A stretch of 60,084 nt of DNA from Candidatus Woesearchaeota archaeon (GTDB lineage: Archaea > Nanobdellota > Nanobdellia > Pacearchaeales > GW2011-AR1). The DNA lies in the NCBI GenBank assembly GCA_964344105.1, contig CAYFMD010000004.1, positions 1 to 60,084 of the forward strand, given 5' to 3'. The notes beneath the pieces were generated by a model. It searched no databases. It saw nothing but the letters and a program-made list of their open reading frames with translations, and was not told the DNA's origin. Of this stretch, positions 35,931 through 45,455 are shown piece after piece. How positions within the stretch are numbered: position 1 is the stretch's first letter; every line of letters begins with the position of its first letter. The position numbers and the translations under genes were made by a program.

Positions 35931-36875
35931 TTGATTATGGAAAAAGTACATATATTGCTTTTTTATAAATTTCAGGAAATAAAAGATATTGACTGGTTTA
36001 TTAGAAATCATAAGAGAAAGTGTAATGAGCTAGGGATAGTTGGAAAGGTGTTAGTTGGTAAAGAGGGCCTTAATGGCAGTGTTGCTGGAACTGCGGAGCA
36101 AATGGAAGATTATAAGGAGTTTATGCATAGTTTAGAAGGATTTGGAGATGTTTGGTTTAAGGAGGAACTTGGAAATGAGGCCCCATTCAATAAGATGATT
36201 GTTAGAGAAAGGAAAGAAATTGTTAGTTTGCATAAGAATGTTGATATGGATACTAAGGGAAATTATGTTACTCCACAAGAATTTTTGGAAGGTGTGGAAG
36301 ATGAAGACACAATTATTTTAGATACAAGAAATGATTATGAATATAAGCTTGGAAGATTTAAGGGTTCTGTGAATCCTGATATTAAGACGTTTAGGGAATT
36401 CCCAGAATTTGTTGAAAAATTTAAGCAACAAGTTGGAACTAAGAAAAAGATCTATATGTTTTGTACAGGGGGAATAAGATGTGAGAAGGCTGGAAGATAT
36501 ATGGAGCAGGAGGGATTTGAGGATGTTCATCAATTACATGGAGGAATAATTAACTTTTGTCAGGAACTTCCAAATACTGCATGGGAAGGAAAATGTTTTG
36601 TATTTGATAAGAGATTGATGAGGGATATTGGCCAGGGCAATGAGGCAATAACTAATTGTGGAAACTGTGGGGAAGTTAGTGATTTGCAGAGGAATTGTAA
36701 GAATGTTCCTTGTGATGATCTGGTTATTCAGTGTAATAAATGTCAAGAAGAGTTGCATGGATGTTGCTCTAAAGAGTGTATGCAGGAGTTCCTTGCATAT
36801 AGTAGAGATAGAGCCGAAAAGAAAAGAAATGGTGAATGGGTTGCTCCAAAAGAAAAAGAGCAGTGTTATTGTTAA
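35931..36875 (+). CDS. trhO: Rhodanese-domain protein, TrhO/YceA (UPF0176) family
   Basis: ILLFYKF N-terminus, rhodanese active-site loop CTGGIRCEKA, Cys-rich C-terminal tail. Confidence 0.8.
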   Translation: MIMEKVHILLFYKFQEIKDIDWFIRNHKRKCNELGIVGKVLVGKEGLNGSVAGTAEQMEDYKEFMHSLEGFGDVWFKEELGNEAPFNKMIVRERKEIVSLHKNVDMDTKGNYVTPQEFLEGVEDEDTIILDTRNDYEYKLGRFKGSVNPDIKTFREFPEFVEKFKQQVGTKKKIYMFCTGGIRCEKAGRYMEQEGFEDVHQLHGGIINFCQELPNTAWEGKCFVFDKRLMRDIGQGNEAITNCGNCGEVSDLQRNCKNVPCDDLVIQCNKCQEELHGCCSKECMQEFLAYSRDRAEKKRNGEWVAPKEKEQCYC

Positions 36876-36881
36876 TAGAAT

Positions 36882-37475
36882 ATGAATACTCAAAGCCATG
36901 TTATACTTAATCTATTTCTTTTGAGGAAAATATATGGTGAGAAAAAGCATAGAATTCCTTATTTTCATAGACTTGTTTTTTTAGGTTCAATAATGCCTGA
37001 CTTGCCTATGTTTTTGTTTTTTGCTATCTATACTTTTTTAGGAGTTTCTCAAAATGTGATTTGGGGAGAATTATTCTTTAGATCTGATTGGCAAGCCTTG
37101 TTTAACATATTTAACTCAATCCCATTGTTTTTGATAGTAGTTTTGATTGCTCTTTTAATCAAGAATAAATCAGTCTTTGTTTTTGCAATAGCTAATCTGA
37201 TGCATTTTTTCGTAGATATGTTATTGCATCAAGAAGATGGGAGGGCGCATTTTTTCCCACTAAGTGAGTATAAATTTCATTCTCCAATTTCATATTGGAA
37301 TCCAGAGTATTTTGGAGGATTTTTTAGTGTCTTTGAAACCCTCTTGATTTTAATATTATCAGTCCCATTGTGGAAGGGTTTAAAGAATAAGTGGGCAAGA
37401 GCAATGATAATAGCAGTTAATGCATTTAATATTTTGAATTGGTTGATTTGGTATGTTGTTTTTAGTTTCTTTTAA
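36882..37475 (+). CDS. Integral membrane protein, function unknown (possible metal-dependent hydrolase)
   Basis: 197 aa, 5-6 TM helices, His/Asp-rich HFFVDMLLHQEDGRAHFFP. Confidence 0.3.
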   Translation: MNTQSHVILNLFLLRKIYGEKKHRIPYFHRLVFLGSIMPDLPMFLFFAIYTFLGVSQNVIWGELFFRSDWQALFNIFNSIPLFLIVVLIALLIKNKSVFVFAIANLMHFFVDMLLHQEDGRAHFFPLSEYKFHSPISYWNPEYFGGFFSVFETLLILILSVPLWKGLKNKWARAMIIAVNAFNILNWLIWYVVFSFF

Positions 37476-38209
37476 TCCTCTTGGATCCAACCATATCCTT
37501 TTTCTTCTAGTTCGTCAACTAGATTGCTGTCTCCTTCAAGAGCTATCTTTCCATCTATTAAGATAGATAGCTTGTCTGGCTTTATGTGCTCTAAAATTCT
37601 TTTATAGTGTGTGATTATTAAAATCATTTTGGTTGGATCTTCTTTTATTAGCGTATTAATTCCATCTCCTACTGCCCTTAGCGCATCCACATCTAATCCA
37701 GAGTCTGTTTCGTCAAGTATTGCTGCTTTTGGGTTTAATACAGCTAGCTGAAGTATTTCTGATTTCTTTTTTTCTCCTCCAGAGAAACCTTGATTTAGAT
37801 AACGCTCTTCGAATCCTTCTGGACAATTTAGAAGTTCTAGTTTTTCTTTTAGTAATTCTCTGAAATCCATCACTCCTAATGGTTCCTCTCTTCTTGAGTT
37901 AACTGCTTGTCTTAGGAAAGTTGAGATTGTAACTCCTTCGACTTCGCTTGGATATTGGAAGCTTAAGAATAGCCCCAGTTCTGCTCTTTCATTTGGAGCT
38001 AAATCATTAATTACTTGTCCGTTGAAAATTATTTCTCCTTTTGTAATTTCATATTTTGGATGGCCCATAATTACATTAGCTAAAGTAGACTTTCCAGATC
38101 CGTTTGGCCCCATCAGAGCATGGACTTTTCCAGATTCTAATTTAAGATTAACCCCTTTTAGTATTTCTTTATCTTCAATTTTTACATGTAAATCTTTGAT
38201 TTCAAGCAT
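37472..38209 (-). CDS. sufC: Fe-S cluster assembly ATPase SufC
   Basis: GPNGSGKST Walker A, FSGGEKKKSEILQL ABC signature, ILDETDSGLD Walker B. Confidence 0.9.
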   Translation of the reverse strand: MLEIKDLHVKIEDKEILKGVNLKLESGKVHALMGPNGSGKSTLANVIMGHPKYEITKGEIIFNGQVINDLAPNERAELGLFLSFQYPSEVEGVTISTFLRQAVNSRREEPLGVMDFRELLKEKLELLNCPEGFEERYLNQGFSGGEKKKSEILQLAVLNPKAAILDETDSGLDVDALRAVGDGINTLIKEDPTKMILIITHYKRILEHIKPDKLSILIDGKIALEGDSNLVDELEEKGYGWIQED

Positions 38210-38585
38210 TTTCTAAAGCTCCTTTAATTGTTTCTAAACTTAACAAAGCACATTTTAATCTCCCTGGAGAAATTGGTATGTGTAATAGTTCTAGCACATC
38301 ATCTGTATTTAAGTTTTTAACATCTTCTATAGGCATGTTTTTTATTTTGTCTGTTACTAATGAGGCTGATGCTTGGCTTATAGCACATCCTTGTCCTTGA
38401 AATTTAATATCCTTAATTTTATTATTTTCAACTATAAGTTGAATTGATATTTCATCTCCACATAGAGGGTTGTTTCTATGGTTTTCATGAGTATGATTTT
38501 CTAGCGGCCCCTTGTTTTTTGGATTTTTGTAAAGATCCAAAATTATCTCTGTATACATATCCATTATTTGAATACCTCCTGGCAT
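38202..38585 (-). CDS. sufU: SufU/IscU-type Fe-S scaffold or sulfur-acceptor protein
   Basis: NPLCGDEISIQL, GQGCAISQASAS and C-terminal RLKCALL conserved Cys positions. Confidence 0.8.
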   Translation of the reverse strand: MPGGIQIMDMYTEIILDLYKNPKNKGPLENHTHENHRNNPLCGDEISIQLIVENNKIKDIKFQGQGCAISQASASLVTDKIKNMPIEDVKNLNTDDVLELLHIPISPGRLKCALLSLETIKGALENA

Positions 38586-39772
38586 TTTTTTAATCCTTCA
38601 ATTAGCCTATCAATATCTTCTTTTGTATTGAAAATAGAGAAGGATATTCTACAAGTTCCTGGAAGGTTAAGTTTTTTCATTAGTGGCATGCAGCAATGAT
38701 GTCCTGCCCTGATTGCTATATTATTGCCATTTAGAATTTCAGCTACATCGTGTGGATGAATGTCTTTAAGGCTGAAAGATATTATTGATGATGATTTTTC
38801 TTTTCCTGGATTGTATATTTCTATTTTTTCTAAATTAGATAACTGTTCTAGTGCATAATTTAGGAGATCTTTTTCATGTTCTTGTATTTTTTTTAGTCCA
38901 ATTGATTCTATGTAATCTATTGCTGTAGCTAATCCTATTGCTCCTGCAATGTTTTGAGTTCCTGCTTCGAATTTTTCGGGAAGATCTGTAAAAGTTGCAT
39001 CTTCGTAGCTAACTGAATTTATCATTCCTCCTCCGAAAAGTATTGGTTCAATATTTTCTAAGTGATCTTGTTTTCCATAAAGAACTCCAATTCCAAGTGG
39101 TCCTAGCATCTTGTGGCTTGAGAAAACTAAGAAGTCGCAATTTAGTTCTTTTACATCAACTTTAGTGTGCTGAACTGATTGAGCAGCGTCGATGATAGTT
39201 AGTACATTGTGTTCTTTTGCTAGATCGATTAGTTGTTTGATGTCGTTAACCGTTCCAAGAACATTTGAGATATGAGTTACTGATAGTATTGCTGTTTTTT
39301 CATTGATTAGCTCTTTTGCCTTCACATAGTCAAGTTCATAATTATCTGTTAATGGAATGAATTTTAGTTTTAGATTATGATTCTTTGCTAGTTGCTGCCA
39401 TGGAACTAAGTTAGAATGGTGTTCCATTTCAGTTAATAGAATTTCGTCTTTTCCTTCTTGCAATAGTGGTTTGATTTGGTGCGAAAGCATGTTTATTGAT
39501 TCAGTTGTGTTTCTTGTAAATACAACTTCTTTTTCATCGGCATTTATGAACTCTGCTACTTTCTTTCTAGCTTCTTTGTATTTTGTTGTTGCTTGTTCAC
39601 TTAAAGTATAAACTCCCCTGTGGATATTGGCATTTTCTTTTTCGTAGAAATCGGTAATTTTTTTGATAACCTGTTTAGGCCTTTGGCTTGTTGCTGCACT
39701 ATCTAAATATACTAAATTAGGATAGTTTTCAAATATAGGAAAGTCAGATTTATTCATTGTAAGAATTAACAA
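38564..39772 (-). CDS. sufS: Cysteine desulfurase SufS (class II)
   Basis: YLDSAATSQ, SSHKMLGP (PLP lysine), RAGHHCCMP active-site Cys loop. Confidence 0.9.
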   Translation of the reverse strand: MLILTMNKSDFPIFENYPNLVYLDSAATSQRPKQVIKKITDFYEKENANIHRGVYTLSEQATTKYKEARKKVAEFINADEKEVVFTRNTTESINMLSHQIKPLLQEGKDEILLTEMEHHSNLVPWQQLAKNHNLKLKFIPLTDNYELDYVKAKELINEKTAILSVTHISNVLGTVNDIKQLIDLAKEHNVLTIIDAAQSVQHTKVDVKELNCDFLVFSSHKMLGPLGIGVLYGKQDHLENIEPILFGGGMINSVSYEDATFTDLPEKFEAGTQNIAGAIGLATAIDYIESIGLKKIQEHEKDLLNYALEQLSNLEKIEIYNPGKEKSSSIISFSLKDIHPHDVAEILNGNNIAIRAGHHCCMPLMKKLNLPGTCRISFSIFNTKEDIDRLIEGLKKCQEVFK

Positions 39773-41214
39773 ACAGAGTTCTCGATTTCAAGTTCAATAA
39801 GTCTGTTAAGCTCTACAGCATACTCCATTGGCAGAGCCTTAATCAAAGGTTCAATAAAACCTGAGACAATAAGTTTAATTGCTTCATCCTCCGATAAACC
39901 TCTTGACATTAAATAGAATAGTTGGTCTTCTTCTACTTTGCCAACTGCAGCTTCGTGAGCTACTTTAACATCATTTTCATGAACATCCATTGCAGGAAAA
40001 GTTAGAGCCTTTGACTTACTGTCAAGCATCAATCCATCACATCTTACGTTTGATTTACTATTAACTGCTCCTTCTCTTATGTCAATTAGCCCCCTGTATG
40101 ATGAAATTCCTCCATCCATGCTTATTCCCTTACTTAAAATTGATGAGGAGGTGTTTTCGGCTAGATGGTAGACCTTGCATCCAGTATCTTGATATTGGCC
40201 GTCTCCAGCATATGCTATTCCAATGTAATCTGTCTTTGCATTTTTTCCAATAAGAACTGAACATGGATATAGCATAGTGACTCTTGAACCCATATTTCCA
40301 TTTACCCACTCCATTACTGCGTCTTCGTGTACCATTGCTCTTTTAGTGTTAAGGTTATAGGTATTCTTAGACCAGTTTTCAATTGAAGAATATCTAGCCC
40401 TTGCATTTTTCATAACGTGTACTTCTACGCAACCAGCATGAAGGGAATTTTCTGTGTATTGAGGTGCACTGCAACCTTCTATGTAATGTAGCTCTGCATC
40501 TTCTTCAACTATAATTAAAGTGTGCTCAAATTGACCTCCTTTCTTGGCATTCATTCTGAAATATGCTTGTAATGGGATGTCTACCTTTACACCCTTTGGA
40601 ACATAAATGAAAGTTCCTCCAGACCAAACTGCTGCATGAAGTGCAGAGAATTTGTGTAGATGGATAGGAACACAAGAGGTCATAAAATATTTTTTAACCA
40701 TCTCTGGATGTTTTTGTACTGCTTCGTCCATATCTAGGAAGATAACTCCTTGATCTTCAAGTTCTTTCTTTAAATTATGATAGACAACTTCGGATTCATA
40801 TTGGGCTCCGACCCCGCCTAATGCAGATCTTTCAGCTTGTGGGATTCCAAGTCTTTCATAAGTATTCTTAATGTCCTCAGGAACGTCATCCCAAGAAGTA
40901 GCGTTCTTCTTTGCATCTGGCTTCATGTAATAAACTATGTTATCTAAATCTAAATCATCAATTCTTGGGCCCCATGGAGGCATTGATTTTTCTTGGAATA
41001 ATTTTAATCCTGCCAATCTTTTCTTTAACATCCATTCAGGTTCATTCTTATCTTCAGAGATCTTTCGAACAATCTCTTCATTTATACCTGGTTCAGCCTT
41101 GTAAGTTAACTTTTCCTCGTTGTAGTGATCATAATTATCCCTATCTATAACTAGATCTTGCTTCATTTGTTCTTGTTCTTCTTCTGTAGGTTGAATTATC
41201 TGTAGATCTGACAT
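39766..41214 (-). CDS. sufB: Fe-S cluster assembly protein SufB
   Basis: 482 aa; conserved SufB blocks (AELHYIEGCSAP, HEAAVGKVEEDQLFYLMSRG). Confidence 0.9.
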   Translation of the reverse strand: MSDLQIIQPTEEEQEQMKQDLVIDRDNYDHYNEEKLTYKAEPGINEEIVRKISEDKNEPEWMLKKRLAGLKLFQEKSMPPWGPRIDDLDLDNIVYYMKPDAKKNATSWDDVPEDIKNTYERLGIPQAERSALGGVGAQYESEVVYHNLKKELEDQGVIFLDMDEAVQKHPEMVKKYFMTSCVPIHLHKFSALHAAVWSGGTFIYVPKGVKVDIPLQAYFRMNAKKGGQFEHTLIIVEEDAELHYIEGCSAPQYTENSLHAGCVEVHVMKNARARYSSIENWSKNTYNLNTKRAMVHEDAVMEWVNGNMGSRVTMLYPCSVLIGKNAKTDYIGIAYAGDGQYQDTGCKVYHLAENTSSSILSKGISMDGGISSYRGLIDIREGAVNSKSNVRCDGLMLDSKSKALTFPAMDVHENDVKVAHEAAVGKVEEDQLFYLMSRGLSEDEAIKLIVSGFIEPLIKALPMEYAVELNRLIELEIENSVC

Positions 41215-41219
41215 AATTC

Positions 41220-41233
41220 TTAACGATAGTTAA
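41220..41233. promoter_or_regulatory. 14-bp palindromic box (TTAACTATCGTTAA in gene orientation) between the TATA box and the sufB start codon
   Basis: Exact 14-mer, 5 nt upstream of the sufB ATG; tttataaa TATA-like element at 41239-41246; identical box at 42040-42053 and 46666-46679. Confidence 0.6.
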
Positions 41234-41257
41234 GATTGTTTATAAATGTTATGATGC

Positions 41258-41965
41258 TCAGTCATATTTTTCAAAGAAAATATTGTCTTCAGGTACACCT
41301 TTCTTTTCTAGATGCTCTGTTACAGAGTTAACCATCTCTTTTAGGCCGCAAATGTAGTAATCAGCTTCCTGGTTGAAATTTTCATCTATTAACTTTTGTA
41401 CATAGCCCTTTTGGCCTTCTCGGCTACAAATTCTATTGTATTTGAAATTTGGATATTTCTTTTCTAGTTGCTTGAATTCATCTTCGTAAAGTGAGTTGGC
41501 TTCAAATCTATATCCTGTTATTAAGGTGATTGGTTTTTCAAAGCTATGTTCTAATAGATGAGTTATTATAGATCTGAAAGGAGCTACTCCTGTTCCAGTA
41601 GATATGAATGCAATAGGTTTTGCTAAGGATTGGTCCTCTATGTAGAATGCTCCCATTGGACCCATTGCATCTATTTCGTCTCCTTTCTTGAATTTATCAA
41701 TTAAAGGAGTAGCTCTTCCATTAGGAAGTATCTTTATGCATAAATCTAATTGATTTTTTTGAGGTTTAGATGCTATTGAATAAGGTCTACGAAATTCTTG
41801 TCCATCTATTGTTAAAATTAAAGAGATAAACTGTCCAGGATAGAAATCAAAATCTTCAGGAATACTTATTGTGAGATGTTTTGTGTCTTGAGAAATTTCT
41901 TTCACATCTAATATTGTTGATTTGAACTTATGCAACTTTTTCCTAGGTTTCATAATCCAGGGCAC
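41258..41965 (-). CDS. Ferredoxin-NADP reductase-like FAD/NAD(P)-binding oxidoreductase
   Basis: RRPYSIAS FAD-binding RxYS motif, STGTGVAPF NAD(P) motif; track start is GTG, the ATG four codons downstream is more likely. Confidence 0.75.
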   Translation of the reverse strand: MPWIMKPRKKLHKFKSTILDVKEISQDTKHLTISIPEDFDFYPGQFISLILTIDGQEFRRPYSIASKPQKNQLDLCIKILPNGRATPLIDKFKKGDEIDAMGPMGAFYIEDQSLAKPIAFISTGTGVAPFRSIITHLLEHSFEKPITLITGYRFEANSLYEDEFKQLEKKYPNFKYNRICSREGQKGYVQKLIDENFNQEADYYICGLKEMVNSVTEHLEKKGVPEDNIFFEKYD

Positions 41966-42039
41966 CTAAGGTTCCCTAGATGCAACCCTCCTAATAATGC
42001 TATTGTCATATTTAGATAGTTTAAGGAAGACTTAAATAT

Positions 42040-42053
42040 TTAACTATCGTTAA
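42040..42053. promoter_or_regulatory. Second copy of the 14-bp box TTAACTATCGTTAA, 6 nt upstream of the HTH regulator start codon
   Basis: Exact 14-mer in the same orientation relative to its gene as the sufB and sod copies; a degenerate copy (ttagatagtttaa) lies at about 42012-42024. Confidence 0.6.
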
Positions 42054-42059
42054 AAGTCA

Positions 42060-42416
42060 ATGAAATCTATGCCTCAAGAAATTGAAGTTTGGTATTTAAT
42101 TCCAGGAATTAGAAGGGAGTTAGCTAAGGCTTTCTTGGAGAAGGGATTGAGTCAGAAAAAGATTTCTGAAATATTGGGAATAACTGAAAGCGCAGTTAGC
42201 CAATATCTTAAAGAGAAGAGGGGCAGTGAAATGAAGTTTGAAGATAGCGAGTTGAAATTAATTCAAGAATCTGCTGAGAAGATAGCAGATAGTAATGCTG
42301 AAGCCAATAGAGAGATTTATAATCTATGTGTTAAGTTTAGAGGAAGTCCGAGCCTTTGTGATTTTCATAGAAAGCACGATAGTTCTGTAGAAGATAATTG
42401 TAATTTGTGTTGCTAA
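42060..42416 (+). CDS. HTH transcriptional regulator with Cys-rich C-terminal region
   Basis: GLSQKKISEILGITESAVSQYLKEKRG helix-turn-helix; C-terminal NLCVKF, SLCDFH, CNLCC cysteines. Confidence 0.55.
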   Translation: MKSMPQEIEVWYLIPGIRRELAKAFLEKGLSQKKISEILGITESAVSQYLKEKRGSEMKFEDSELKLIQESAEKIADSNAEANREIYNLCVKFRGSPSLCDFHRKHDSSVEDNCNLCC

Positions 42417-43498
42417 TTATTGCCAGTAATAATTTCTGAAGAATAGTCTTCTGTTGTTGGTTCTTTTCCTTGTTCAATCATGTCAAAGAATTTTGGGAAG
42501 TTTATCCAAGCTTTTCTATTAAGGTCTTTTCTGATTAATAAGATAGCTCGAGATGGCACATGTTGTCTTATGTATTCATATTCCGGCAAGACTTCTAGAA
42601 GTTTGTCCATGAATATTTTCATGTCTTCTAGAGTGGGCATGTTTTTCTGACTGTAGAATCTTCTTGATTCTCCTACATGCACATAAGATTTAAGTTCAAT
42701 AACATCTGGAGATCCCCTTCTTATTAGCTCTGCATATTGCTTTTCATTATCCATATTTTCATCCCTAATCATCGTTAGCCTAATACAAGTTCTGTATTTT
42801 CTTGTTTTAAGTAGATCTAATGACTGAAGTGTTCTTTCCCAGAAATCGGGTAATAATGGATTGTCTATTTTCTTTAGAAGTTCTTTGTTTGGTGCATCCA
42901 AACTTAGATACAATTGAGTTATATTTTTTATTTTTTCAATGGCTTCAGGATATTGTGCGTTTGTAACTAAGAATGTTGAGATCCTTCTTTTGTGGAATGC
43001 CTCTAAGATTTCATTGATTAAAGGATAGGTTATAGGCTCCCCGGTTAAACTTAGGGCTACATGCCTGATATCATCCATCTCTGCTATTTTTTCTTTGTCA
43101 GCTTTTTCATAGCCCATTCCCCTAAATCCTATAAGAAGTTTAAGATGTTCATCCATTGCGTGATTTATTATATGTTCAGGGCTGTCAATTGGACCATACC
43201 ATTCTTCAGATACTGGTGCTTTTTGTCCTCTCCAACAGAACTTGCATCTAGAAGCACAGAACATGCTTGTAGTCATTTGAAGACATTGATGAGATCTAAT
43301 CCCGTAGAAGGCGAACTTGTAGCAAGATCCAGTTCCCCTCAAGGCATGTCTAGTCCATTCACAAGTTTTAACTGCAGAATGAGCTCCAACTAACCTATAA
43401 CCTTGATGATGTAATTGCTTTTGCTGTTGCTCGGACAATTGAGAAGTAATTTGCTCTGCTTCTTCTTGGGAAGGTTGGAGGATTTTTAATTCGGTCAT
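42413..43498 (-). CDS. taw1: tRNA 4-demethylwyosine synthase (Taw1/Tyw1), radical SAM
   Basis: CASRCKFCWR radical SAM motif, upstream Cys (CEWTRHAL..GSCYKF), LSLTGEP; typical archaeal Taw1 length. Confidence 0.85.
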   Translation of the reverse strand: MTELKILQPSQEEAEQITSQLSEQQQKQLHHQGYRLVGAHSAVKTCEWTRHALRGTGSCYKFAFYGIRSHQCLQMTTSMFCASRCKFCWRGQKAPVSEEWYGPIDSPEHIINHAMDEHLKLLIGFRGMGYEKADKEKIAEMDDIRHVALSLTGEPITYPLINEILEAFHKRRISTFLVTNAQYPEAIEKIKNITQLYLSLDAPNKELLKKIDNPLLPDFWERTLQSLDLLKTRKYRTCIRLTMIRDENMDNEKQYAELIRRGSPDVIELKSYVHVGESRRFYSQKNMPTLEDMKIFMDKLLEVLPEYEYIRQHVPSRAILLIRKDLNRKAWINFPKFFDMIEQGKEPTTEDYSSEIITGNN

Positions 43499-44217
43499 TT
43501 TTCTAATTCAACAAATGCTCTTTCTATATTTAGGGCATCTCTTAGATTGATCATTGGATTATTGATATTAACTATATCATCTGTTCCGATTCTTGGGCAA
43601 GCAGTGTTAACCCAGCAATCAATGAAAGGATAGTTTTCATAATTGCTTGGATTTAGTGTATCATCAATGAAGATATAGGCTCTCTTGTCTTCCTTTTCCA
43701 ATTTTTCTTTTAGTTTCTTTGCTGCCAAAAAATATTGTTGCCCAGGTTTTATGGTTACTAAAATTCCAACTGTTTTTGCAGTTAAGTATTTCTTTAGATT
43801 TGCCTTTTTTCTATTGAGTTCTTTCTGCATATCTTTTCTATCTACAATTTTTATTCTGTCGCTTATTGGATCAAAAATTGTAATTGGTTTGTCTGTTGCT
43901 AGAATTAATGCCTTTGGATGGAACATTCCATCCCCTAAATATAGAATCATGTCCGATTTTAGGGATTTTTCAAATGAATCTGGATAGCAATCACAGCCTA
44001 GAATTTGTAATGGCTTGTTGGTTCTCTTTGCTTTCTGAATGTTAACTTTTATCTTTAATTTTTTTAGTTCTTTTAAGAATTCATTTATTTCTGCGAATTG
44101 TGTTGAGGCAAATAGGTCAATTGATTTTACCTTTTTCTTTTTAAGATGATCTTTAAGTTTCTTAGTAAGTTTTATTTCTCCTTCCCATTTAGCATCAATT
44201 AATAATAGTCTTGGCAT
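43495..44217 (-). CDS. dph2: Diphthamide synthase Dph2, C-terminal two-thirds (separate ORF)
   Basis: ILGCDC and NTACPRIG correspond to the 2nd and 3rd Fe-S Cys ligands of archaeal Dph2; starts directly after the TAA of ORF 44218-44478, same frame. Confidence 0.75.
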   Translation of the reverse strand: MPRLLLIDAKWEGEIKLTKKLKDHLKKKKVKSIDLFASTQFAEINEFLKELKKLKIKVNIQKAKRTNKPLQILGCDCYPDSFEKSLKSDMILYLGDGMFHPKALILATDKPITIFDPISDRIKIVDRKDMQKELNRKKANLKKYLTAKTVGILVTIKPGQQYFLAAKKLKEKLEKEDKRAYIFIDDTLNPSNYENYPFIDCWVNTACPRIGTDDIVNINNPMINLRDALNIERAFVELEK

Positions 44218-44478
44218 TTACCACATCTCCTTGTTAAATTTATTATGGCCCCATTGAACAACTAGATCAATATTTAGAATATCCATTCCTAAGGGCAAGT
44301 CACATGCACCGTAGCAGCTTCCTAACCAGATGAATGCCTTTGCAGAAGTTTGTTCTTCAACTGCATCAACTACTTGATCTGCTTTGTGTTTCATACCATC
44401 AGGTAATTGGATAAGAACTTGTTTAGCTTTTTGTTGTTTTATTGTTGAAATTAATTTATCTAATTCTAGTCTGTACAT
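44218..44478 (-). CDS. dph2: Diphthamide synthase Dph2, N-terminal third (separate ORF)
   Basis: VLIQLPDGMK...GSCYGACD...VVQWGH matches the Dph2 N-terminus, including the first Fe-S Cys ligand. Confidence 0.75.
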   Translation of the reverse strand: MYRLELDKLISTIKQQKAKQVLIQLPDGMKHKADQVVDAVEEQTSAKAFIWLGSCYGACDLPLGMDILNIDLVVQWGHNKFNKEMW

Positions 44479-44489
44479 TTTAATGAAGG

Positions 44490-45425
44490 TTATTGTTGGT
44501 TTTTAAATTCATCTATGTGAAGTAGTAAGTCTTTCAGGTTCTTAGATGTTACTAATTGCTGTCTTAATTTGGCTGCTCCTCGAATTCCTTTAGTGAAATT
44601 AACTGCTTGTGCTTTAATCTGACTGAATTCTATTTTATGCTTCTTGGCTAGCTTTAGGTATTCATCGAAAAGATCTAATGGATCTTTATGATCATAAGAG
44701 CCTGTTTTCATATAATCATTAATTTGTTTGAATACGTAGGGGTTCCCTATAGCTCCTCTTGCAATTAAGATGTAATCAACATTTGATTCTTCTATTCTTT
44801 TCTTGAAATCTTCTGGTGTGAAAACATCTCCATTTCCAATTATAGGGATTTTAAGTTCCTTTTTTACATTCTTAATTATATTCCAATCTGCTTTTCCAGA
44901 ATATCCTTGCTTTTGTGTTCTTGCGTGTATTGCAATTGCTGCTGCTCCAGCTTTTTCTGCTATTTTAGCTACCTCTAAAGCGTTTAGATTTTTATCATCT
45001 ATTCCAGCCCTAATTTTTATTGTGACTGGAATTTTAACAGCTTTGTTTAGTTTTGTTATTAATTCTCCAAGTTCTTTTGGATTTTTCATTAATTCGCTTC
45101 CAGCCCCCGTTTTGATTACCTTCCAAACTGGACATCCGCAATTAATGTCTATAAGATCAAAGTCTTTTTCTACAAACTTAGCTGCCTTGACAACTTCATC
45201 TATTGATGCTCCAAAAAGTTGAATTTGTTTTGGATTTTCAATTGGATCTGTAGCTAGCATCTTTAGAGTTTTTTTATTCCTTCTATTGATAGCTGTTGAA
45301 TGTAAGAATTCTGTACAGGTCATCGCAGCCCCGTATTTTTTACATAGTGCTCTGAATGCTACATCAGTTACACCGGCCATTGGAGATAGAATTGCTTGTC
45401 CTTTTAGTTTTGGGAAAGTTTTCAT
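44490..45425 (-). CDS. dus: tRNA-dihydrouridine synthase
   Basis: ILSPMAGVTDVAFR, DINCGCP catalytic Cys, HARTQKQ; TIM-barrel Dus family. Confidence 0.85.
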   Translation of the reverse strand: MKTFPKLKGQAILSPMAGVTDVAFRALCKKYGAAMTCTEFLHSTAINRRNKKTLKMLATDPIENPKQIQLFGASIDEVVKAAKFVEKDFDLIDINCGCPVWKVIKTGAGSELMKNPKELGELITKLNKAVKIPVTIKIRAGIDDKNLNALEVAKIAEKAGAAAIAIHARTQKQGYSGKADWNIIKNVKKELKIPIIGNGDVFTPEDFKKRIEESNVDYILIARGAIGNPYVFKQINDYMKTGSYDHKDPLDLFDEYLKLAKKHKIEFSQIKAQAVNFTKGIRGAAKLRQQLVTSKNLKDLLLHIDEFKNQQ

Positions 45426-45455
45426 ATAATTAAGAAATATAATAGCTTAAAAAGC

